Part shown: in pieces, positions 56,832 to 64,000 of the stretch | How the letters are laid out: every line of letters begins with the position of its first letter | Position numbering within the stretch: the stretch's first letter is position 1 | Assembly: GCA_902761655.1 (NCBI GenBank) | Contig: CACWLD010000003.1 | Span: 8,448 to 72,447, forward strand | Length of the DNA stretch: 64,000 bases | DNA from: an uncultured Bacteroidia bacterium | GTDB lineage: Bacteria; Bacteroidota; Bacteroidia; Bacteroidales; UBA932 | Direction: 5' to 3' | Notes under the pieces: model-generated | The model's database searches: none | What the model was told of the DNA's origin: nothing | The model's input: only the letters and a program-made list of their open reading frames with translations | Made by a program: the position numbers and the translations under genes

Positions 56832-57827
56832 TTACATTGCCTGGGCTACTGCAACGGCAACTGCCACTGTAGCGCCTACCATAGGGTTGTTACCCATTCC
56901 AAGGAATCCCATCATCTCTACGTGTGCAGGAACTGATGAAGATCCGGCGAACTGGGCGTCAGAGTGCATACGTCCCATTGTGTCGGTCATACCGTAGGAA
57001 GCAGGACCTGCTGCCATATTGTCCGGGTGGAGTGTACGTCCGGTACCGCCGCCTGATGCAACGGAGAAGTACTTCTTGCCCTGGAGGATGCATTCCTTCT
57101 TGTAAGTTCCTGCAACCGGGTGCTGGAAACGGGTAGGGTTGGTGGAGTTTCCGGTGATGGAAACGTCAACGCCTTCCATATGCATAATGGCTACGCCCTC
57201 GCGTACGTCATCTGCACCGTAGCAGCGAACTCCTCCGCGGACACCCTCTGAGTACTTGGTCTCGGAGATGATGTTGACCTTACCGGTGAAGTAGTCGAAC
57301 TCTGTCTGTACGTATGTGAATCCGTTGATGCGGGAAATGATCTTGGCAGCGTCCTTTCCAAGTCCGTTAAGGATTACGCGGAGAGGTTTCTGGCGTACCT
57401 TGTTTGCCATTTCGGCAATCTTGATGGCGCCTTCTGCGGCTGCGTAGGACTCGTGTCCTGCGAGGAAAGCGAAGCAGGAGGTCTCCTCGCGGAGAAGCCT
57501 GGCTGCGAGGTTTCCGTGTCCAAGACCAACCTTGCGGTCGTCAGCTACGGATCCGGGGATGCAGAATGCCTGGAGGCCTTCGCCGATAGCCTCGGCTGCG
57601 TCGGCAGCGTTCTTCACGCCCTTCTTGATGGCGATAGCCGCGCCCACTACGTAAGCCCACTTTGCATTCTCAAAGCAGATTTTCTGTGTGTCTTCACACA
57701 TCTTGTAAGGATCGAGGCCCTTTGCATCGCAAATGGCTTTTGCCTCGTCTATGTCCTTGATACCATATTTGTTCAGAGCAGCATTGATCTGATCAATGCG
57801 ACGCTCGTAGCTTTCGAAAAGTGCCAT
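56832..57827 (-). CDS. GGGtGRT-motif protein, function unknown
   Basis: Literal SVASGGGTGRTLHPDN near the C-terminus, 331 aa. It matches my recollection of the family catalogued as the GGGtGRT protein. Confidence 0.7.
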   Translation of the reverse strand: MALFESYERRIDQINAALNKYGIKDIDEAKAICDAKGLDPYKMCEDTQKICFENAKWAYVVGAAIAIKKGVKNAADAAEAIGEGLQAFCIPGSVADDRKVGLGHGNLAARLLREETSCFAFLAGHESYAAAEGAIKIAEMANKVRQKPLRVILNGLGKDAAKIISRINGFTYVQTEFDYFTGKVNIISETKYSEGVRGGVRCYGADDVREGVAIMHMEGVDVSITGNSTNPTRFQHPVAGTYKKECILQGKKYFSVASGGGTGRTLHPDNMAAGPASYGMTDTMGRMHSDAQFAGSSSVPAHVEMMGFLGMGNNPMVGATVAVAVAVAQAM

Positions 57828-57833
57828 AGTCTC

Positions 57834-58526
57834 TTACTCTTTACGTGGATCGATATATTTAACGGCTTCAGCAAAGCGGCCATAGGTACCTTTTGCCTTC
57901 TCAATAGCCTCAGGGCCTGTTGCACCGGCCTTGAGTGCGTCCATAAGCTTGCCAAGGTTTACGAATTCGTAACCGATGACTTCGTTGTTGGCGTCAAGGG
58001 CCATACGGGTGCAGTATCCTTCTGTCATCTCAAGATAACGGCTGCCCTTTGCCTTTGTTCCGTACATTGTACCAACCTGGCTGCGGAGGTTCTTTCCGAG
58101 GTCCTCGAGTGAACCGCCCACTGCAAGGCCGCCCTCTGAGAAAGCGGACTGGGTGCGTCCGTAAACAATCTGGAGGAAGAGCTCGCGCATTGCGGTGTTG
58201 ATGGCATCGCATACGAGGTCTGTGTTGAGAGCCTCAAGGAGGGTCTTTCCAGGAAGGATCTCAGAAGCCATAGCTGCTGAGTGGGTCATACCTGAGCATC
58301 CGAGGGTCTCTACAAGAGCCTCCTCGATAATACCGTCCTTAACGTTGAGGGTAAGCTTGCAGCATCCCTGCTGAGGAGCGCACCAGCCAATACCGTGGGT
58401 AAGACCGGAAACGTCCTTGATTTCTTTTACGTGCACCCATTTTCCTTCCTCAGGAATAGGGGCATTGGCGTGGTTGGCGCCTTTGGTAACGCAGCACATC
58501 TGCTGCACTTCTTTTGTGTAGATCAT
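57834..58526 (-). CDS. NifU/IscU-N-like Cys-rich protein, function unknown
   Basis: ETLGCSGMTHSAAMASEILPGKTLLEAL resembles the IscU GC(G/S)..A.ASS block. Further Cys clusters are QQMCCVTKG and GWCAPQQGCC. The stop lies 6 nt before the GGGtGRT gene. Confidence 0.6.
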   Translation of the reverse strand: MIYTKEVQQMCCVTKGANHANAPIPEEGKWVHVKEIKDVSGLTHGIGWCAPQQGCCKLTLNVKDGIIEEALVETLGCSGMTHSAAMASEILPGKTLLEALNTDLVCDAINTAMRELFLQIVYGRTQSAFSEGGLAVGGSLEDLGKNLRSQVGTMYGTKAKGSRYLEMTEGYCTRMALDANNEVIGYEFVNLGKLMDALKAGATGPEAIEKAKGTYGRFAEAVKYIDPRKE

Positions 58527-58568
58527 AATTATTTAGAATTCAAAATTATTTTTGAGTCATAAATCTTA

Positions 58569-58576
58569 CAAATATA
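58569..58576 (-). promoter_or_regulatory. -7 box TATATTTG for the NifU-like/GGGtGRT pair
   Basis: The reverse complement of caaatata, about 43 nt upstream of the ATG at 58526. Confidence 0.5.
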
Positions 58577-58582
58577 ACAATT

Positions 58583-59068
58583 TTAGCGGATATACTCATC
58601 TTTAATGTAATCTGCGACAATTCTTGCGGCAATTCCCACAGTTGCGGCGCAAGGGCGCGTCTTGTAGTATTCAGGCGTCCGCGCCGAAGGCATCGGGCTC
58701 TCCATAGGAGCGCCGGGCTCCGGCTTGCGAAGGCCCAGGATCTCCCTGCACACAATGCTCCCCTTCTGTTCCTTGAAGGCCTGAGCGAAGCGCTGCACCA
58801 GTGCGTAGTTGTCCCTGCGCTGCTGCATATTGGAGGGCTCTTCGGCGGGCGAAAGGAAGCCCGCTATCATTGCCATTGCGCTTACGGTGCCGCAGACCTC
58901 GCGCATACGCGCAATGCCTCCGCCAAAGCCGGAGGCCGTGCGCAGCAGCGCGCTCCGGTCCACCTCCAGCACGTCTTCGAACGCAAGCAGCACCGCCTGG
59001 CAGCAGTTATAGCCTTCCATAAAAAACTTCTCCGCCCGTTCTTGCCTTTCTGCAGGATTGATGTCCAT
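58583..59068 (-). CDS. C_GCAxxG_C_C-family putative redox-active protein
   Basis: FMEGYNCCQAVLLAF...GFGGGIARMREVCGTVSAMAMIAG...TRPCAATVGIAARIV shows the characteristic Cys spacing of that family. All positions are Cys, and there is no in-frame TGA. Confidence 0.7.
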   Translation of the reverse strand: MDINPAERQERAEKFFMEGYNCCQAVLLAFEDVLEVDRSALLRTASGFGGGIARMREVCGTVSAMAMIAGFLSPAEEPSNMQQRRDNYALVQRFAQAFKEQKGSIVCREILGLRKPEPGAPMESPMPSARTPEYYKTRPCAATVGIAARIVADYIKDEYIR

Positions 59069-59071
59069 ACT

Positions 59072-59887
59072 TTATACTCCGCTGAATGAGCTGAAGCCTC
59101 CGTCAATAGGCAGGATTACTCCGGTCACGAAGGTGGCTGCATCGCTGCACAGGAACTGCGCTGCTCCGTTGAGCTCGTTGATATCTCCGAAGCGCCTCAT
59201 TGGGGTCTTTGCTATGATCTTGAACGAGCGCGGGGTGTAGCTTCCGTCCTCCTTCAGGAGGGCCGCCCTGTTCTGCTTGCCGATGAAGAATCCCGGAGCA
59301 AGCGCGTTCACGCGGATCTTCTCGCCATACTTGATGGCCATATCCTGGGCCAGCCAGCGGGTGAAATTGGAAACACCTTCCTTTGCGGCGCCGTATCCGG
59401 CAACCCTTGAAAGGGCGTCATAAGCGGCCATAGAAGAGATATTGAGGACGCATCCATAGCCCTGCTTAGCAAAAATCCTAGTGAAAACAAGGCAGGGATA
59501 AACTGTACCGTTAAGGTTAAGGTTGATGACCTTCTCCCAGTCTTCCAGCTTCATATCCCAGATGTTCTGGTCGTCCATAATTGTTGCTCCGGGGACGTTT
59601 CCGCCGGCAACGTTTATAAGGATGTCAATCTTTCCGTATTTGGAAACAACTTCGTCCGCAATGCCGTTCAGGACTTCCTTGTCCATAACGTTGCAGGCGT
59701 AGGCACACGGATTGCCACCCAGGGACTTGAGGCTCTCGAGGGTTGAATCCACCTGCTCAGGACGGTGAACCAAAGCCACTACGTCAGCCCCCTGTGATGC
59801 AAAATGACGGGCGAGGGATCCACCCAGAACTCCGGCGGCGCCTGTGATCACGGCCACCTTTCCCTCAACTGAAAACATCTCGTTCAT
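59072..59887 (-). CDS. uxuB: SDR-family oxidoreductase, probably D-mannonate oxidoreductase (Bacteroides UxuB type)
   Basis: VAVITGAAGVLGG (TGxxxGxG), NISSMAA...YGAAKEG (YxxxK). It lies directly downstream of uxuA. Confidence 0.65.
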   Translation of the reverse strand: MNEMFSVEGKVAVITGAAGVLGGSLARHFASQGADVVALVHRPEQVDSTLESLKSLGGNPCAYACNVMDKEVLNGIADEVVSKYGKIDILINVAGGNVPGATIMDDQNIWDMKLEDWEKVINLNLNGTVYPCLVFTRIFAKQGYGCVLNISSMAAYDALSRVAGYGAAKEGVSNFTRWLAQDMAIKYGEKIRVNALAPGFFIGKQNRAALLKEDGSYTPRSFKIIAKTPMRRFGDINELNGAAQFLCSDAATFVTGVILPIDGGFSSFSGV

Positions 59888-59891
59888 AGTA

Positions 59892-61070
59892 TCATTTTAT
59901 TAATTGTTTCTCTCTTTTTACCGCAGCCATCATACCTTCCACCTGCCCCAGTGCGAGCATCCTACCGTGGAAGCCGTATCCCGGGTTGTAACCCACCGCC
60001 TGGTCTCCAAGCATTGTCTTGCCGTGATCCACCCTCATAGGGAGCGAATCCGGGCAGTCAGATAATATGCGGATGAGCTCCACCAAGTCCACCCTGCCCG
60101 CGGTGTGCGGCGCCTCCACGAAATCTCCTCCCGGGAGGAGATTGCAGGAGCGCAGATGCACGAAGCGGGTGCGCGGGGCGAACTCCCGCGCCATTGCCTC
60201 CACGTCATTGTGCGCCCCGGATGAAAGCGACCCGGCGCAGAATGTGAGGCCGTTGTGCGGATTTGGCACCGCATCCAGTATCCAGCGGATGTCAGCGGCG
60301 TCACAGCATATGCGCGGCATCCCGAACACCGGCATTGGCGGATCGTCCGGGTGGATGCACATATCTATGCCCCACTTGTCGCAAACCGGCATTATGGCCT
60401 CCAGGAAGTATTTCAGGTTCTCCCTGAGCTGATCCTTAGAAACACCCTTATACGGCTGCATAAGGGCCCTGAAACGCTCCACGGGCGAGCCCTGGGCGGA
60501 GCCCAGCGGCCCGTTGACGAAGCCCTGCGTCTTGGTTATTATGGTATCGATAAGCTGCTGCCTGTCGCCCTCCGTCATTGTCCCGGCCAGATTATCGGCC
60601 TTGGCAAGTACTTCCGGAGGGAAATCCTCCCTGGCACCTTCCCTTTCCAGGATGTAGATGTCAAAGAAAGCGAACTTTGCATAATCAAAATAAAGGCTGA
60701 AGGTGCCGTCCGGCATAGGATGCTCCAACTCTGTGCGCACCCAGTCGATGACCGGCATAAAGTTATAGCATACGGTCTTTATACCGCACTGCCCAAGGTT
60801 CTCCAGACTCTGTATGTAATTGTCTATGAGCCTGTCGCGCTCCGGACCGGCATACTTGATCTGCTCGCTCACAGGAAGGCTCTCCACCACGGCCCATTTC
60901 ATCCCGTGGCTTTCTATGTTCTCCTTGGCGGCGGCTATGCGGGGGACCGGCCACACTTCACCTGATGGAATGTCGTGCAACGCAGTTACCACGCCTTCCA
61001 CGCCAATCTGGCGCATCATATCCAGGGTCACCTTGTCCCCGGGCCCGAACCACCTCCAAGTCTTTGTCAT
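59892..61070 (-). CDS. uxuA: mannonate dehydratase
   Basis: MTKTWRWFGPGDKVTLDMMRQIGVEGVVTALHDIPSGEVW is a canonical UxuA N-terminus. 392 aa. Confidence 0.92.
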   Translation of the reverse strand: MTKTWRWFGPGDKVTLDMMRQIGVEGVVTALHDIPSGEVWPVPRIAAAKENIESHGMKWAVVESLPVSEQIKYAGPERDRLIDNYIQSLENLGQCGIKTVCYNFMPVIDWVRTELEHPMPDGTFSLYFDYAKFAFFDIYILEREGAREDFPPEVLAKADNLAGTMTEGDRQQLIDTIITKTQGFVNGPLGSAQGSPVERFRALMQPYKGVSKDQLRENLKYFLEAIMPVCDKWGIDMCIHPDDPPMPVFGMPRICCDAADIRWILDAVPNPHNGLTFCAGSLSSGAHNDVEAMAREFAPRTRFVHLRSCNLLPGGDFVEAPHTAGRVDLVELIRILSDCPDSLPMRVDHGKTMLGDQAVGYNPGYGFHGRMLALGQVEGMMAAVKREKQLIK

Positions 61071-61073
61071 ATC

Positions 61074-63164
61074 CTAATACAACTCCATCATATCCGGGGT
61101 GAATCCCTGCTGGATCTGCTGCGCAATCATAAGCGCACACTCCTTCTTGCTGTACCCGAAGGCGTTTGCGCCTATTTCGAATATGAAATTCATCTCCTCT
61201 ATGGACAGGGTGTTGTCCGCTATGATCAGGTTGATGATATAGCGCAGCATAGGCTCCCTGTAACCCGGCTCGATGCTCATTATCTTGGCCACGGACTCAT
61301 TGAAGACCGTTGTCACGTCCTGCTTGCTGATGGCCTTCAGATACTCTTTGGCGAATATCTGCTGCGCCGACAGCTGTTCCAGGATGGAATTGATCTCAAT
61401 GTCCGTGATCTTTCCGTCTATGTTGGCGGCGATGAGGCCGGCGCTGGCAATGAAATCCGACATCGGCTTGTCAATCTCCGATGTTCCCACCTTCAGCAGG
61501 ATGTCCGTCAATTCCGTCATACCCTTCTTGAGCGTCCTGTCTGACTTGCAGGTGGCGTACAGCCTGAGGCCCTCAACCCTGATGGGGTTGACGGGATGGC
61601 TGTCAAGGCTTACGCCCTTGTCAGTGAGGAAATACTCCAGATGACGGCGGTTCTCCTCCAACAGGACGTCCAGCTTGACGTTCATCTTGGTTATGTCCAG
61701 GCCGGAGGACATCTTGTAAAATGCGCTCACGCAGGCTGCAAGGTCTCCGCAGGCCAGGAATCCGTAACGGTCCGCCTCCAGTTCCGCCAGCTGGCTCCAA
61801 AGCCTGACTTTGTGCTGCAGGCCAAGGGGCATAAGCCCCGGCTGCGGATAGACAAAGTTCAGCAGGCTGTTCATCTTGGAGTCGTGGTTGATTAGGTGAC
61901 CAAGCTCGTGTCCCAGGACAAACTTGACCTCCTGGTCCGTCATAAGGGTTAGAAGGGCGGAGTTGACGTTCACTATGCTTGGCCTGTCGTCATTCTCTAT
62001 GGAAACGGAAAAGGCGTTCACACTGCTGTTTCCGGTCACGTAGAAGTCAATTGGGTCAGTGTATCCAAGCGCCTGCTTCACCTCCTCGAAAATGCCGCAA
62101 AGGTGGTCCAGAAGGGGCCTTTCAACCTTGAGGCTGTGGCCTTCCATCACGCTGCGGAAATAAGTTCCGGTGTCCGACGAGTCCGCAAGGCGGATGAGTT
62201 CGTCTATCGCGCTTCCCTGAAGGGCATTGTATATGTTGTCGCGCATCTTCTGCTCCAGCGGAATCTTTGGGGAAAGATGCGCCGGGGCCTTGCCCTGCGC
62301 CTCGGCCGCGCCTTCACTCTCTTCAAGAGCGGCCGGCGCCGGCGCCTTGTCCGGCAGTACAGCGTCGTTCAGCTTGCTTTCTATAACGCTTCCAAGGCCT
62401 ATGCGGTGTACGTCCAGCGTCACCGGCTTGCCGGTCTTAAGGGAAGTGTATTTGAAGGTCTTACCCGTATTCCAGTCCTTTACCTGATATGTTTCGAACG
62501 CCTTGATTCCAAATGTCACCGTCCCCGCATAGCCAATCGCATACAGTTTTTTGAAGGAATCCGTAAGGATCTTTCCGTGCTTCTTTGGGAAGGCGCTGTC
62601 CACAGACGGAGTCTTGAAAATGTCCAGATATGTGACTCCGGCCTCCTCTATCTCCTCCATCATCTTTGTGATGATGTCGTCCGGAAGAGGGATCTTTATG
62701 GTGTCTTCCTCAGTCTCCACCTTGTTCACGGGGAACTCATAGGAATCCGGAAGATGGTCCGGGTCGAATTCCGAAGCGTCGAAGTACTTTATCCCGGTAT
62801 CGTATTCAACCTTCTGGGGCTCGTTGAAAAGGCGGGGGTTCTCAAAGATGAAGGACCAGCCTTCCCCCTCGTCCCAGCCGGATTCTGTATCGCCCTGGAT
62901 GTCCACCAGGTCTGCGTATCCTATGGCCATCCCAACCGTGAAATCCTGCAGCTTGAAAGGTATGTTGCCAAACAGGGTATGGTTGTGTATCTCATTGGCG
63001 AATTCATAGGGGATGGTCTCCAGGAAATTGGCCGGGACCTTGTCCGGACCCGCTACAATGAGGATCTTTCCCCTGTAGTCTATCTTCCAGGAATGATTGT
63101 CTACGTCCTTGACGCCCATACATATAAGGCCGGCCCAAGGTTGCGGGACTACCAGTGCTTTCAT
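61074..63164 (-). CDS. multidomain protein: N-terminal ASCH-like domain, unknown middle region, soluble M48-type zinc peptidase, C-terminal TerB-like domain
   Basis: ASCH-like: MKALVVPQPWAGLICMGVKDVDNHSW...ILIVAG. M48: FVLGHELGHLINHD (HExxH) plus AELEADRYG. TerB-like: ANIDGKITDIEINSILEQL and IIADNTLSIEEMNFIFEIG. I see no TM helices. Confidence 0.6.
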   Translation of the reverse strand: MKALVVPQPWAGLICMGVKDVDNHSWKIDYRGKILIVAGPDKVPANFLETIPYEFANEIHNHTLFGNIPFKLQDFTVGMAIGYADLVDIQGDTESGWDEGEGWSFIFENPRLFNEPQKVEYDTGIKYFDASEFDPDHLPDSYEFPVNKVETEEDTIKIPLPDDIITKMMEEIEEAGVTYLDIFKTPSVDSAFPKKHGKILTDSFKKLYAIGYAGTVTFGIKAFETYQVKDWNTGKTFKYTSLKTGKPVTLDVHRIGLGSVIESKLNDAVLPDKAPAPAALEESEGAAEAQGKAPAHLSPKIPLEQKMRDNIYNALQGSAIDELIRLADSSDTGTYFRSVMEGHSLKVERPLLDHLCGIFEEVKQALGYTDPIDFYVTGNSSVNAFSVSIENDDRPSIVNVNSALLTLMTDQEVKFVLGHELGHLINHDSKMNSLLNFVYPQPGLMPLGLQHKVRLWSQLAELEADRYGFLACGDLAACVSAFYKMSSGLDITKMNVKLDVLLEENRRHLEYFLTDKGVSLDSHPVNPIRVEGLRLYATCKSDRTLKKGMTELTDILLKVGTSEIDKPMSDFIASAGLIAANIDGKITDIEINSILEQLSAQQIFAKEYLKAISKQDVTTVFNESVAKIMSIEPGYREPMLRYIINLIIADNTLSIEEMNFIFEIGANAFGYSKKECALMIAQQIQQGFTPDMMELY

Positions 63165-63185
63165 ATCGTCCTATAGTGTGTTATG

Positions 63186-64000
63186 TTATTTATGCTTGCT
63201 GTGCCACATTCCGTACACTTCGCTCACATTGCCGGCGGTGATGAATGCGTGGGCGTCAAGACGCCTTGTGAACTCCATCACCTTGGCGAACTCGTCCTGC
63301 GTGAGAAGTGCCTGGATCTCCATCTGTTTCTGGCCGCTGAAGCCTCCCGTTACCTCATAGAGGCTGCAGCCGCGCTGAAGGTCTTCTATTATGAACTTGC
63401 GTATGGCTTCGTGCTCGGCGGATATTATGCACACCCTCTTGCGCTTGTTGATTGCCGCGGTGAAGTAGTCGACTACTATGCCGTTGATCCAGGTTCCTAT
63501 AAGGCCTATGAGCACCAGGCGCACCGGATTCACGGAAAGCGCGCTGAGGCCTATCAAAGCCCCTGCTATTGTGATGCAGGTACCTATGTCCATATGGAAG
63601 AATTTGTTGACCAGCTTGGCCAGGATATCCAACCCCCCGGTGGAAGCGTTTATGTTGAACAGGATGGCCTGCGCAATGCTCAGCAGGAGTACGAACAGCA
63701 GAAGGTCGAACCATATGTCCCCCATCACGGATGTGGAACCGTCCGCCAGGAGGCTCTGGTACGGAAGGACCTTTTCCCAGAAATCGATGCACGGGCCAAG
63801 GATCATTGCCGTATATACGGTTTTAGCCCCGAACTCCTTGCCAATAAGAAGCCAGGCCAATATAAGCAGCACCGCATTGATGGCTGTCACTATGACCGAA
63901 ACCTTTACAATGATGCCGGCCTTTGCGAAAAGGGCGCTGATAACCATCGCAAGGCCGGTCATACTGCCAACTACAAGCTGGCTTGGAAGCAGGAAATAAT
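63186..64000 (-). CDS. YitT-family membrane protein (DUF2179 C-terminal domain), 5' end beyond the window
   Basis: The C-terminus VCIISAEHEAIRKFIIEDLQRGCSLYEVTGGFSGQK...AFITAGNVSEVYG is DUF2179-like. The reading frame stays open upstream of the tracked Met (..YFLLPSQLVVGSMTGLAMV) to the window edge. Confidence 0.8.
   Translation of the reverse strand, partial: YFLLPSQLVVGSMTGLAMVISALFAKAGIIVKVSVIVTAINAVLLILAWLLIGKEFGAKTVYTAMILGPCIDFWEKVLPYQSLLADGSTSVMGDIWFDLLLFVLLLSIAQAILFNINASTGGLDILAKLVNKFFHMDIGTCITIAGALIGLSALSVNPVRLVLIGLIGTWINGIVVDYFTAAINKRKRVCIISAEHEAIRKFIIEDLQRGCSLYEVTGGFSGQKQMEIQALLTQDEFAKVMEFTRRLDAHAFITAGNVSEVYGMWHSKHK

Noticed and set aside
58583-59068. Possible selenocysteine (in-frame TGA) in the C_GCAxxG_C_C protein
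   Set aside because: The ORF is uninterrupted and all motif positions are encoded as Cys.
62103-63176. 357-aa plus-strand ORF
   Set aside because: It is antisense to the ASCH-M48-TerB gene, which contains the HExxH motif. The ORF itself has no motif.

Overview
A 64-kb chromosomal segment from a Bacteroidota, most likely a fairly GC-rich Bacteroidales. Evidence for that placement: TAnnTTTG -7 promoter boxes at most operon starts, almost no Shine-Dalgarno sequences except at rpsU, and many lipoproteins and glycoside hydrolases. Coding density is high, with frequent 4-nt same-strand overlaps.

Gene content, left to right:
- Housekeeping genes: serS, rplU-rpmA, rpsU.
- A divergent DUF4954-like gene and a yfhO-GT4 pair.
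- A 9-gene minus-strand glycan-assembly locus: wzx, two tandem GT32 paralogs, glf, three GT2 genes and one GT4-like gene. No polymerase, export or initiating genes are visible.
- tRNA-Leu(TAG), followed by two paralogous structured GC-rich non-coding modules. These bracket a small AT-rich islet that carries an interrupted secreted ORF.
- Rubrerythrin.
- An operon of ECF sigma factor, membrane-anchored beta-barrel protein and LRR lipoprotein.
- GH31, serB, prfB (single frame) and murI.
- A peptidoglycan-turnover operon: HU-like protein, NUDIX, SpoIID, AmpG, NamZ/DUF1343.
- tRNA-Asn(GTT).
- Hydrolases and acyltransferases.
- A long plus-strand array: patatin-Omp85, MscS-type channel, esterase, DUF3298, C69 dipeptidase and a doubled GH43-CBM6 enzyme.
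- BNR-4 protein preceded by a PIN/antitoxin pair, then GH95 and GH3.
- An uncharacterised trio: C_GCAxxG_C_C protein, NifU-like protein, GGGtGRT protein.
- uxuA-uxuB, an ASCH-M48-TerB fusion protein, and a partial YitT gene.

I found no rRNA, CRISPR array, transposase, integrase or SusC/SusD pair.

The most interesting candidates are the GGGtGRT/NifU-like unit, the polymerase-less glycan locus next to a YfhO (GT-C type) protein, the modules downstream of tRNA-Leu, and the ASCH-M48-TerB fusion. All functional calls come from reading motifs by eye. No database search was run.
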